The position numbers were made by a program, and so were the translations under genes. A DNA stretch of 62,601 nucleotides, the filler included, from Pirum gemmata (lineage: Eukaryota): NCBI GenBank assembly GCA_002812295.1. It is 26 parts of 26 records of this genome, joined end to end, with 100 filler letters (N's around TTAATTAATTAA, not from the genome) between each part and the next. Parts side by side here need not be neighbours in the genome. Positions count along the whole stretch, not along the records: positions 12,436 to 14,482 come from PDIN01008803.1; positions 14,583 to 16,611 come from PDIN01008804.1; positions 16,712 to 18,773 come from PDIN01008805.1; positions 18,874 to 20,952 come from PDIN01008806.1; positions 21,053 to 23,130 come from PDIN01008807.1; positions 23,231 to 25,308 come from PDIN01008809.1; 20 more parts are not named here. The stretch is one strand, 5' to 3'. The notes beneath the pieces were generated by a model. It worked only from the letters and a program-made list of their open reading frames with translations, was not told the origin of the DNA and ran no database searches. Below are positions 12,511 to 23,872 of this stretch, piece by piece; positions within the stretch are counted from its first letter, which is position 1; every line of letters begins with the position of its first letter.

Positions 12511-14400
12511 AATTAGAATACTTTGTAATAATGATTTAGTTATATAGAAGTTAACTAATATAATGTTAACAATGATTTATGATAATGATTTAGCTTAATA
12601 GTATGTAGTAAAATTACATTTGTTTTTATTGATTAAGCGCAATACAAGTAATACTGCTGATTAAATGTAATACAAGTAATACTAATATAATGATTTGAAC
12701 AATTTATAACAACAATATCATCACAAACACTATTTCCACAAACACTACTATTACTACCACTACTACTGCTATTGTATTAAGGGTTAATTAATCATGATTT
12801 ATGATATGTATTAAGTACACTTATTATTGATTCTGTGTAATACAATTAATAATAATGATTAGAATAATTTGTAATAATGATTTAGTAATACAAGTAGTGA
12901 TAATGATTAGAGTTATTTATAATAATGTTTTCTTAATTATTCTTAAGTGCTAATGTTAACAATGATTTATGATAATGATTTAACTAATAACAATATGTTG
13001 TTATTTTATTGATTATTTGAAGCTATTGTTATTATTAATAATTATCTGCAATACAAATAATAGTAACGATTAGAATAATTTATAATAATGATTTAGTTAA
13101 TAATATGTTGTAAGTCCAAATTAATAGTAATGATAATTATAATTTATAATAATGATTGTGATTTATTATGTTTTACATATGCTTAATTACTAATATTGAT
13201 TGCGAAAGTAATAATAATGATAACAAAAAGTTATAATTTATGATAGTGAAACTTATCATTTTTGATCGTTTCATAATAATAATAATAATTTATAATAATG
13301 ATTTACTATGTAATAATATATAGCTTGTACTTATTATCATTAGTATTGATTACCAAAGTAATAATAAGAATAAGAATAACTTATAATTATTTATAATAAT
13401 GAAAAGTTTATTGATTATTTATAATATATATAATAATGATTTATTTAATAATTTGTAGCTTTAGAAGTTTACTTATTATTGATTATCATAAGACCAAAGT
13501 AATAATAATGATAACAATAATTTATAATTTATAATATTATTGAAACTTATAATTATCGATTGTTCAATAATAATTTATAATAATGATTTATTTAATATTA
13601 TGTAGCTTTGCAAGTGTGCTTATTATTATATATCGTCCATTTCATTACAGTTTTCCTCTTAATCTTTAATTTGGTATTATTTAAGTGCATAATTGAACTT
13701 GTTTATAAAATACAACATTACGTATAAAATTCCAAATTAATTAAAACATGTCTGATAGTTTAACCACAATAACATTTTGGTACGTTTGTTTCAGTTTTTG
13801 AACTGGACAACACTATAGCAAAACACGATACCAAAGTAATAATAATGATAGCAATAATTTATAATTATTTATAATAGTAAAACTTATCATTATTGATTAT
13901 TTATAATAATAATATAATATAATAATGATTTATTTAATAACTTTTGGCTTTAGAAGTGTACTTATTATTGATTCTTATAAGACCAAAGTAATAATAATGA
14001 TAACAAAAATTTATAATTTATAATATTAGTGAAAGTTATTATTATCGATTGTTCAATAATAATAATTGATAATGATGATTTATTTAATAATATGTAGCTT
14101 GGGAATTGTACTTATTATTATTATTATTATTAATTACCAAAGTAATAATAATGATAACAATAATTTTTGATTTTTAAAAGATAGATGATTGATTGTTAAA
14201 AATTAATAGTAATTTGTAAAAATTCGTAAAAATGATTATGATTTATTTAATAATATGTATCTTTAGAAGTATACTTATTATTATTATTGATTTTCAAAGT
14301 AGTAATAATATAATTTATAATAGTGAAACTTATATTTATTATTGGTTTTTTATAATATATTATGATAATAACTTATAATAATGATTTATTTTTATTTTTT
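12480..14400. repeat. Degenerate AT-rich minisatellite
   Basis: Recurring ACCAAAGTAATAATAATGATAAC...TTTATAATAATGATTTATTTAATA blocks. Confidence 0.8.
13631..13830 (+). mobile_element. MITE family A (~200 bp, TATCGT...ACGATA ends, probable TA TSD)
   Basis: Interrupts the minisatellite just before CCAAAGTAAT. Homologous copies at 27188-27250, 45728-45936, 46540-46680 and 48669-48861. Confidence 0.8.
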
Positions 14401-14405
14401 TTTAA

Positions 14406-14482
14406 TTACCAAGCTGAATCCGCCATATGAGCTCAAAAATCCAAAAAATCTCAAAATGATCCAATTTTAATAAAAGTACTAC
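14406..14482 (-). mobile_element. Partial MITE family C
   Basis: Reverse complement matches the right end of 28731-28963 and 47697-47950, and is flanked by TTAA. Confidence 0.65.
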
Positions 14483-14582
14483 NNNNNNNNNNNNNNNNNN
14501 NNNNNNNNNNNNNNNNNNNNNNNNNNTTAATTAATTAANNNNNNNNNNNNNNNNNNNNNNNNNNNNNNNNNNNNNNNNNNNN

Positions 14583-14651
14583 ATAATAATAATAACAATA
14601 GAAATAATAACAATAGTAATAATAACAATAGTAATAATAATAATAATAATA

Positions 14652-14687
<36 letters not shown>

Positions 14688-15661
14688 TTAATTTTCATTT
14701 TAACAGTAATAGTAAAAATAATAGATTCTATAATAATAGTAATAATAATAATTCTACCAGTAATAACAAAAATATTAAAGAAAAGAAAACTTCTAAGAAC
14801 AAAAGCAATATAAATAACAATACTAACAAGGAGTGCAAAAATAAAGATACCGAAAAACTGAACAAAACGACCAAGATTAATAGTAAAAATACTAGTGTAG
14901 CCTGCAACACTACCATTAAAGCTATCTCTAAAGTCACACCTACAGTGCAGAACAACAAAAACAATGATACCAGTAAAGCTAAAGTTATAAACAAATTTAT
15001 TGAAAAAACCAGCGTTATAAATTTCAACAAAACTAAAAAATGTGAAAAACCAACTGTTGTGCAAACGGCATCCCCTACAATAAAAACAACACCGACAATG
15101 CCAACACCAGCTACCACAACTACACCATCAACATCAACCACAGCAACTAGAACTACAGCCACAGCCACAGCCACAGCCACAGCCACAGCCACAGCCACAG
15201 CCAAAACCACAGCCACAGCCACAGCCACAGCCAAAACCACAGCCACAGCCACAGCCACAACCACAACTACAACTACAACTACAACCAAAACCACAACCAA
15301 CGCTCCAAGTGAAATTAAAAAACCAGCAAAGAAAAACAAATCAAAACTTTTTGGAAATAAAAAGAACAAAATTTGTGCAAACTGTGAAGTAACCGAAAGT
15401 AAGATTTGGCGCTTAGGAAAAGTCACTGGTAAAAGTTTATGTAGTGCTTGCGGATTATACGAAAATGCTCACAACGGCCAACAAAGACCTTTGAAATTAG
15501 TCCATCGTAAAAAACAAAACAGAACCAGAGTGAATAAAACTGTGCCGTTGGCCTCCGTTCCTATGAATGATATGCGAGTAAAGCCAATGCTCACCTGTGG
15601 ACCTTTCGATAAAATGGTGTTTCCATCCTCATCAAATATTTTTAGACATCAAAAAATTTAA
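14583..15661 (+). CDS. GATA zinc-finger transcription factor (5' partial)
   Basis: CANC-X18-CSACGLY followed by a basic RPLKLVHRKKQNR tail. Frame is open upstream through Asn- and Thr/Ala-rich tracts. Confidence 0.85.
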
Positions 15662-16515
15662 CAATTGAAAATCCATTAATAAACTAAACTATAATAATAA
15701 TTATGTTGAAAAATAATAGGTTTTAATTAATAATAATAACTAATAATAAAATTCAAAATAATAAAATTGAATAAAATTGAATTGATTATAGGAAATGTTA
15801 TAGTAATTTATTCATTTAGTAATGTATTGTTATTATACTAATCATGTTTTTTTTATTAATAATATGGTTGTCACCAGTTCGTATCTAGTAATTGATACTT
15901 TTTCTAAAAGAATTTAAGTGCTTTTTAGTTGTTTAAATTTTGGCATCATAATATACAATAAAGAGTACGAAATTATCACAATCTAAATCCATTTCGTTTA
16001 ATTTTGTACATTTTATTACCTATTTATTCATTTAATATATATTTTGTCAATTTGTCTACCTTTTCGCAACCTGGGAGATTTCCTATACGCACACGTTCTG
16101 GGGTTGTGGTTGTGACAGACTTACCATATGCAAAACCAAAATTTGGAAAAATATTAATTAGAATTTGTAAATGTCGATATTTAGTATTATTTGTTAAATT
16201 GGGGGGTTGTTAAATAGCAATATATTATAATTATAATATTATACTAATATAGAATTTAGTATTATATATTATTATATAATTATTATATATTATATAATGT
16301 ATAATATATATAATATTACTCATTGTATATTTACATTTATATTAATATTATATTAATATTTCTTACTTATTGTATGTCACTCCATGGTATTTTACGTAAT
16401 ATACTTTGCCATTTATTTTTAAATTCCTTACTAATTTGAAAGGGCTTTGTTTCTTGTTAATGGATTGAGTATGGATTGTAGACCTAAGGCAAAAAAAATG
16501 TTAATTAAGATTGAC

Positions 16516-16556
16516 CAAGGACTTCAAAAAAAAAGACTTTTTTTTTGAAGTCCTTG
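16516..16556. mobile_element. 41-bp fold-back mini-element with 7-bp TSD (P-superfamily-like)
   Basis: CAAGGACTTC-A9-G, a single central A, then C-T9-GAAGTCCTTG, flanked on both sides by GATTGAC (16509-16515, 16557-16563). Confidence 0.7.
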
Positions 16557-16781
16557 GATTGACTGTTATTATTATTCAAATAATACGTCACGTCAAGGGG
16601 TAGGTAAGTAGNNNNNNNNNNNNNNNNNNNNNNNNNNNNNNNNNNNNNNNNNNNNTTAATTAATTAANNNNNNNNNNNNNNNNNNNNNNNNNNNNNNNNN
16701 NNNNNNNNNNNTTATTATTATTATTAATCATATATTACAGTTAAATATTAATAGAAAAATAAGAGATAAAAGATAATAAAC

Positions 16782-18588
16782 CTTGCATCATTTGCTCCGT
16801 GGTAAACGCGAAAATGAATACATTAGTAGCAATTGACAACCACACCATGCCACTTAAAACTGAAAGCCAAGTACCAATATTATCAGTTGAAACCGAGTGT
16901 GGACGTCGTACGACATGGGTTAATTTAAAAAAATCGGACTTTATTTCGATTAAATTACAAACAATACTTAGTAGACCAGCTAAAGGAAAGGCGGATGCGA
17001 ATAAAGTAACATAACCAAATTGAATAACCATCTCTAAATAATCGTCAAATTGTTCATATTCATCTTTTTCCACCTCCTCGAGTAACGGTGATGGTAATGC
17101 TACATCACAAGTATCCGTTTTTTTAGCTTTGTGTACTGTATGTTTTTGAGTAAAAGTCTGCATCAAAAGGGGTAGAATGGATTCGGTTATTACTCGGCGG
17201 GCAGAGTCAGCTGTATAGAGTGATACCAACTCAGCCCGAAGCAATACAATGTCAACTTGGATAAAAGCCAAAAAGAACAAAGCAATGTAACAGTCAAACG
17301 CTTCAAACAAAAAGCGTTTTACGATGAGGGCGTTTTCAAAGTTTTGTTGGGTTTGGTGATTTTCGGCCTCGGTCAACTTAACAGCAATCGATCGGTACAA
17401 TAAATTGAGTTGCATGATAGTTAAGGCATGTACAATGGTAGGAACAAACGGTAGAACCATAGGCCATTTTCCCCCACCTTGTTGATCAAAAATGGCACCG
17501 GGGACAGAAAATTGCTGGATACAAGGGAAGTGGATCCACTTGGCCCCGTAAGAATTTTGATGAATGTAACCTTGGAAATTTAGCGAAATGAGCATCACAC
17601 AAAATGCCACTAACAGCATCCCAGTTGTAACAATTGCACTTTGGGTGTATTTTAATAAGCGCTGTTTAAAAGGGTAAAACCGTTCTTGTTTTCCGGTAAT
17701 AGGACTAGTTCGTAATTCACCAATAAAATCAGCGCGCACTTGTGGTTCAATTGTTTCACCACTCGTACCCCAATCACAACTCAAGGCTGCGCACTTTCGT
17801 TTCCAATATTGGACAAAAAGAACTGCCCAGCAGATTAAAAATATAGTGAAATAAGGTGCCAATTTAGATGTATCCATCGAAACATCGTCATCAAGATAAT
17901 TATGTAACCATACAATGCCACCAATAAGTCCAGGTGCACAAAGCCAAAGGGTAAAATGTTCCATCCACGCAAAATACAATCCGACTTGAGCTCCAAAGTA
18001 ATTAAAAATTTCGGTTACAATCTCATCAGTCAACACGGGTTTCCACATAATATTTTTCCACAGTTTTTTACATTTACCATTCCCTGTGTGTAGCGGGACC
18101 AATTCTTCCAGTACCTTAGATCGAATACTCACGTGTAGAAGGGATTCGTCTAGTTGCACTTTTCGGCATTTGGAAGATAAAAAGTTGTTCAAATCAGGAT
18201 TAGCTTTCACTGAATGTAGAATAGCATGTAAAATATGGAGTTCTTCGCATGGTAGCCAAAATGGTGTTTCAAGATCTTCAATTGACGCTGCTGCACCGAT
18301 CTTAGTAGTATAGTTTTCAAAAGTCTCAGTTGCGTTAGCTATTACAAATTGATCTAACAGACCAGTTTGTGCGTTTCTTTTAAATAAACCTTGTGTTTGT
18401 GCTTCTATTTCTATTATTTCTCGTGGGGCTCTAACTCGCAGGATTACCTTGTCGCTTTTTGGTGGGGTTGGCTCTTCGAACACTATTAGTTTTTCGGCCT
18501 CCAAACAGGATTTAGTTACTTTGATGTAACCTTCCAATGCATTTTTAGATGAAAACGCTTTTTTTGAAAAGCAAAGCGCATAGGACAT
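16782..18588 (-). CDS. Anoctamin/TMEM16 family channel-scramblase (ANO10/ANO8-like), long first exon
   Basis: Hallmarks IFNYFGAQVGLYFAWM, LTEAENHQT and DDYLEMVIQFGYVTLFASAFPLA...NLIEIKSDFFKL...NIGTW. Likely donor CAAG|GTTT at 16782. Confidence 0.92.
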
Positions 18589-18690
18589 TTTTTTTATTAC
18601 GTTATTATTTACGGGTATTGTATTTGTTTAGAACTGTAGTAATCACGGTCAGTTATATATACATTTAAAAAAATTGAATTAAAATTGATA

Positions 18691-18751
<61 letters not shown>

Positions 18752-19194
18752 TGATAATAATGATAATAATGATNNNNNNNNNNNNNNNNNNNNNNNNNNN
18801 NNNNNNNNNNNNNNNNNTTAATTAATTAANNNNNNNNNNNNNNNNNNNNNNNNNNNNNNNNNNNNNNNNNNNNTAATAATAATAATTATATGATATTATT
18901 ATATTATTATGATATATTATTATCATAATGTATTGGGGTAAAATGGGTTAGATTTAGAGTTAGCTTTGGGTTAGGGTTGGGGTTTAGGCCTAGCTCTAGC
19001 TAGGGTTAAGGTACTGTTAGGGTTATAATTGGGTTAATGTCTAGCTAGGGGTTAATGTTAGGGCAGGTATTAATATATAGACTCTATATATCGTCCTGAT
19101 ATATGATAGTCGGATTATTATTATTATTATTATATTAATATTATTAGTCTAGCTACCAGCTTTCTAGCTCTAGCTCTAGCTAGCTACTAGGAGG

Positions 19195-19775
19195 GGTTAG
19201 GGACAGGAGCAGGGTTAGGGTTAGGGTTAGGGACAGGAGCAGGGTTAGGGTTAGGGTTAGGGTAATGGTTATAAATTAGGGTTAGGGTTAACGTTACGAT
19301 TAGGGTTATAAAATTAGGGTTAGGGTTATAAATAATTAGCTATCGCTAGTTAGGATTAGGGTTAGGATTAACTAGCTATGGGGTTTAGGGTAGGCTCGCT
19401 AGCTAGGGGTAGGATTAGGTAAGGTTAACTATTAATTAATTAATATAGGGTTAGGGTTTGGGGTATAATTAGCTATAGGGTTATGATTAGGGTTAGATAG
19501 GGTTAGGGTTAGGGTTAGGGTTATAATTGGGGTTAGGGTTAGGGTTAGGGTTAGGGTTAGGGTTAGGGTTAGGGTTAGGGTTAGGGTTAGGATTAGGGGC
19601 TATAGATTAGGGAGGGTTATTAGGATTAGGATTAGGGTTAGGGTTAGGGTTAGGGTTAGGATTAGGATTAGGGTTAGGGTTAGGATTAGGGTTAGGATTA
19701 GGATTAGTCTAGGGTTAAGGTTAGTAGTAGTAGGGTTAGGGTTAGGGTTAGGATTTTAGGGTTAGCGTTAGGTTT
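19195..19775 (+). repeat. Interstitial TTAGGG array, degenerate
   Basis: Pure and variant TTAGGG/TTAGGA runs with other sequence on both sides. Confidence 0.9.
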
Positions 19776-19917
19776 GTGATTACATTAATTTTTTGAAGAA
19801 CAGTCTAAGTCTAGCTAGCTAGCTACTACACTAGACCCCCGTCTAGCTATATAGACTACTACTAGCTCTCAGACTAGCTAGCTAGTAGACCTAGTCTAGC
19901 TAGTAGTAGTCTAATAG

Positions 19918-20061
19918 CGTGCTTTTCAGTTGTGTTGTCATCATTAAATATACAATAAAGAGTACCAAATTAATACCATATGAATCCATTTAATTTAATT
20001 TGGTAAATTTTATTATCTTTTTATTCATTTAAAAACGTCAAATTAAATATTATAACCAACC
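19918..20061 (+). mobile_element. MITE family B copy
   Basis: GTGCTTTTCAGTT end and core ATACAATAAAGAGTACCAAATTAA...AATCCATTT...AATTTGGTA. Related copies at about 15917-16030, 20125-20288 (inverted), 24390-24545, 26430-26560, 28119-28202 and 60067-60222. Confidence 0.75.
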
Positions 20062-20317
20062 AGAATGGGGTATGATTGTGATGCTGTGTGGGGTCTAGAC
20101 TACTAGACTATTTTTTTTTATTGATTGTGCTTTTCACTTATTTTGTCACTCTGAATATTTATGTGGTGCAGGTTTAAATGAATATATAGATAATAAAACT
20201 TACCAAATTAAATTAAATGGATTTATATTATAATAATTTGGTAACTTTTATTTGTATGTTTTATGATGACAAAACAAATGAAAAGACTTAGGTCTAGTAG
20301 GTCTAGCTACTAGCTAC

Positions 20318-20619
20318 TAGGGGTGTTCGGTCTGTAGACCTTCAGTATTTTTCCTATTTTTCCCTATTCCTGCGGGATTTGCGGAGATGGTTTTTTCGCG
20401 GCCCCGCTTAGGAGAAGTGAAGGTCTTGATAAAAAGGTGAAGAAAAAGACTGGTGTATTTTCACCTTTTTCCAAACTCTGTCAAAAAATATCTCAATTTC
20501 ATTGGGCAAATATTTTTTTTTGGAATTTTTTTTCGAATCTTACTAAAAACTTACATTTGACTTACTAATTTGTAAAAAATACAAAATACGACTGAAGGTC
20601 TACAAACCGAACACCCCTA
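20318..20619. mobile_element. MITE with ~29-bp TIR (TAGGGGTG termini, hAT-like)
   Basis: Left TAGGGGTGTTCGGTCTGTAGACCTTCAGT, right ACTGAAGGTCTACAAACCGAACACCCCTA (1 mismatch). No clean 8-bp TSD visible. Confidence 0.85.
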
Positions 20620-21052
20620 GTACTAGCTAGTCTCGATAGACTAGCTAGACCATGAACAGGATCAGCCGCCATGACACCAAAACTTATATTCGATCGATTG
20701 GAGAGTATTAGGGACCCCGAGTATTAGGTTAGAAACTAGGGGTTAGAAAGATCGGGTAGATGGCCTAAATTACAGTTAAAGTTTAATAGATTTCAGGTTA
20801 ACAAAAAGCTCGGTTTGGAGTAAGTTCGAGTTGGTTTTTTGGAAGTTCGCTTTTTTCGCACCATCATCCTATTAGTCTTTTTTTTTGGTTGTGTGATATT
20901 TTATTTTTTTTTTTTTTGATTTTTTTTTATTATTTAATTATTGGGGGGTTTANNNNNNNNNNNNNNNNNNNNNNNNNNNNNNNNNNNNNNNNNNNNTTAA
21001 TTAATTAANNNNNNNNNNNNNNNNNNNNNNNNNNNNNNNNNNNNNNNNNNNN

Positions 21053-22695
21053 AACAAAAAGAAAAGGAACAGAAAGAAAAGGAACAGAAAGAAAAGGAAC
21101 AGAAAGAACGGGAACAAAAAGAACGGGAACAAAAAGAACGGGAACAAAAAGAACGGGAACAAAAAGAACGGGAACAAAAAGAAAGGGAACAAAAAGAAAG
21201 GGAACTAATGAATAAGCAATATTGGGAATGTAGGCGAAAGCTGTGCCTGTACGGTAGGCTTACGCTGTATCTGGTTAATTTCATAATGTTTGCTTTCTGT
21301 TGTTTGCAAAGAATAACTAGTAATAGTGCGATTGAAAAATACTACGCGTTACATGAACAAGATAGTTACGCTTCGAATACTCTATTCATTATGATACTTG
21401 CATCTATCTTAGCAATTTCAGAACGACAGGACGGTAGAAGCAAGAAACTCCTTCTTAACTTTGTTATTTTTTTCTTCAGTTATTTTATCTTGACTTTTCA
21501 TCCGCAGACATTTAAAGACAATGCTATAAGCAGTTTTTATGAAATGCGAAACACAGAATATTCACACAATATAGGTTATCACCTTAAACTCCTGGATGAC
21601 TATCAGTATCGAAAATTAGATGCATGCACAAGTGTTATTGGTGTAGAAGAAACTTTCTTGTGTTATAGTTATTATATTGTTTTTAAAAAGCTTAAACCCT
21701 ATCCTAAAAAACCTTTAAGAAGAGTAAAAGTTCTTAAAGCGAGTGGGGGGAGTGATAGCATGGGTAGAAGTGAAGGCCATCAAATAGGGTCGTTAGACAT
21801 AAATGTAGAGAATGATTGGAAATCCTTAAAATATTTTCTTTTACAGAAAAGAGGTGAACCAGGTTTAACTGCCTTGTCGAAATATTGTGAGATTTCAAAG
21901 TATTGTTTTTCAAATTTTACATTTCAAGAGAAATTCGGGGCCTTGTACATTCCTAACCCTAACCCTAACCCTAAACCTAACCCTAAACCTAACCCTAAAA
22001 TTCCTTTAAAGTTGATGCTTGCAACGGCAATTTTTATGATAATACCTTTACTTGTAACAATTATTATAGGCAATTTTATAAAAAAAGAGAGTGCAAAAGG
22101 AAAAGAAGAAAGTAAAAAAGCTAATAAAGAAAAAGAACAAAAAGAAAAAGAACAAAAAGAAAAAGAACAAAAAGAAAAAGAACAAAAAGAAAAGGAACAA
22201 AAAGAAAAGGAACAAAAAGAAAAAGAAAAGGAACAGAAAGAAAAGGAACAGAAAGAAAAGGAACAGAAGGAATGGGCACACAAGGAAAAAGTTCAAAAGG
22301 AACGTGAGAAAAAGGAACGGGAACAGAAAGAACGTGAGCAGAAAATAAAAGAAAAAGAAGATATTATACAAAAAGAAAGAGAGCGACGAGTAGAAGAGCA
22401 AAAGGAATGTTTTATAGAAGTTGCAAAACATGTAGAAAAACTAAATTCTGCAGGAAAGTCAAGAGATGAGTTTTTAAAACTAATTCTAAATGAATATCCT
22501 ACACTGAAATATAAATCTACTCACGATAAATTAAAAGCACAGTTCAATGAAGAAAAGTTTGTGATCGATAATCATTTTATTAAGAGTTTAATAAAAATAT
22601 ATCATCCAGACAAACAAAGAACTGAATCGGAAAAATGGAAAAAGCTAAGCACTGTCATATGTAAATGGCTAGTTTCATACAAAGCTAATATGTAA
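21053..22695 (+). CDS. Membrane protein with KEQKE coiled-coil repeats and a C-terminal J-domain-like HPD motif (5' partial)
   Basis: Frame open from the scaffold start. Several hydrophobic segments, (KEQKE)n twice, and LIKIYHPDKQ...WKKLSTVICKWL at the end. Confidence 0.6.
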
Positions 22696-23230
22696 ATGGG
22701 TTATTGCAAAATGATAAATATATTACATTACAAGTAGTTCTTACATTATTTATACTTAATGAACAAAGATGCAAACAAACAAACAAACAAGCAAACAAAC
22801 AAGTAAAAAGGAAGTTAATGACTCAATGTAATTTTCTAGTTTTCCTATCCGAAGTACTTGGCAATGACAATAATAACAACAATAACAATAATAACAACAA
22901 TATTAATAACAACAATAAACACAATAACAATTAATAATAATAATAATAAAAATAATAACAATATTATTCATAATAACAGTGCAATAATAATAATAACAAT
23001 AATAATGGCAATATTAATAATAACAATAATAATTATTATGACTATTATCATACTTGAAAAAATAATAACAATAATTACTATTACTATTATTATTAATAAT
23101 ACTACTATTATTATAATAATTATTATTATANNNNNNNNNNNNNNNNNNNNNNNNNNNNNNNNNNNNNNNNNNNNTTAATTAATTAANNNNNNNNNNNNNN
23201 NNNNNNNNNNNNNNNNNNNNNNNNNNNNNN

Positions 23231-23413
23231 AGGGTTAGGGTCAGGGTTATTAGGGTTTAGGGTCAGGGTTAGGGTTATTAAGATTAGGTTTAGGGTTAGG
23301 GTTAGGGGTTAGGGTTAGGGTTAGGGTTAGGGTTAGGGTTAGGGTTAGGTTTAGGGTTAGGGTTAGGGGTTAGGGTTAGGGTTAGGGTTAGGGTTAGGGT
23401 TAGGGTTAGGTTA
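23231..23413 (+). repeat. TTAGGG array at scaffold start
   Basis: Nearly pure TTAGGG with G-strand pointing into the scaffold, so not a chromosome end. Confidence 0.9.
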
Positions 23414-23767
23414 AACTAGCAAGAATTATTTCAAAATCGGTTCATAATATAGAGTTTTTTTAGGGTCCTAACCCTAAAGCTCCTAACCTTAAACCCTAAC
23501 ACTCCCTGTTGAGTCCCTAACCCTAGCTGGCTAGTACTATCTAGTACTCCCTAGCTAGTAGTCTACTGTATGCATAGAGATATTAATTAAACCTTCTAGC
23601 TAGTAACTAGTACAGCGTCTGTAGACTGTATCATACAGTATAAGTCACACTCACTTTTTTTTTAACCCTTTCTTCTAAATTTGAATAATTTATTAGTTTA
23701 TCATAGACACAAAACATCATTTAATATGCGTATGGTATTATATATATAAATAATCCAAGTAACGACT

Positions 23768-23872
23768 ATACACTTAAATTAAACCTAATTTTTGTTCATA
23801 TTCTTTATTTCGTTTGTTTACAACAAACGAAATAAAGAATATGAACAAAAATTAGGTTTAATTTAAGTGTAT
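23768..23872. repeat. Perfect 51-bp inverted repeat with 3-nt loop
   Basis: 23768-23818 is the exact reverse complement of 23822-23872. Confidence 0.95.
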
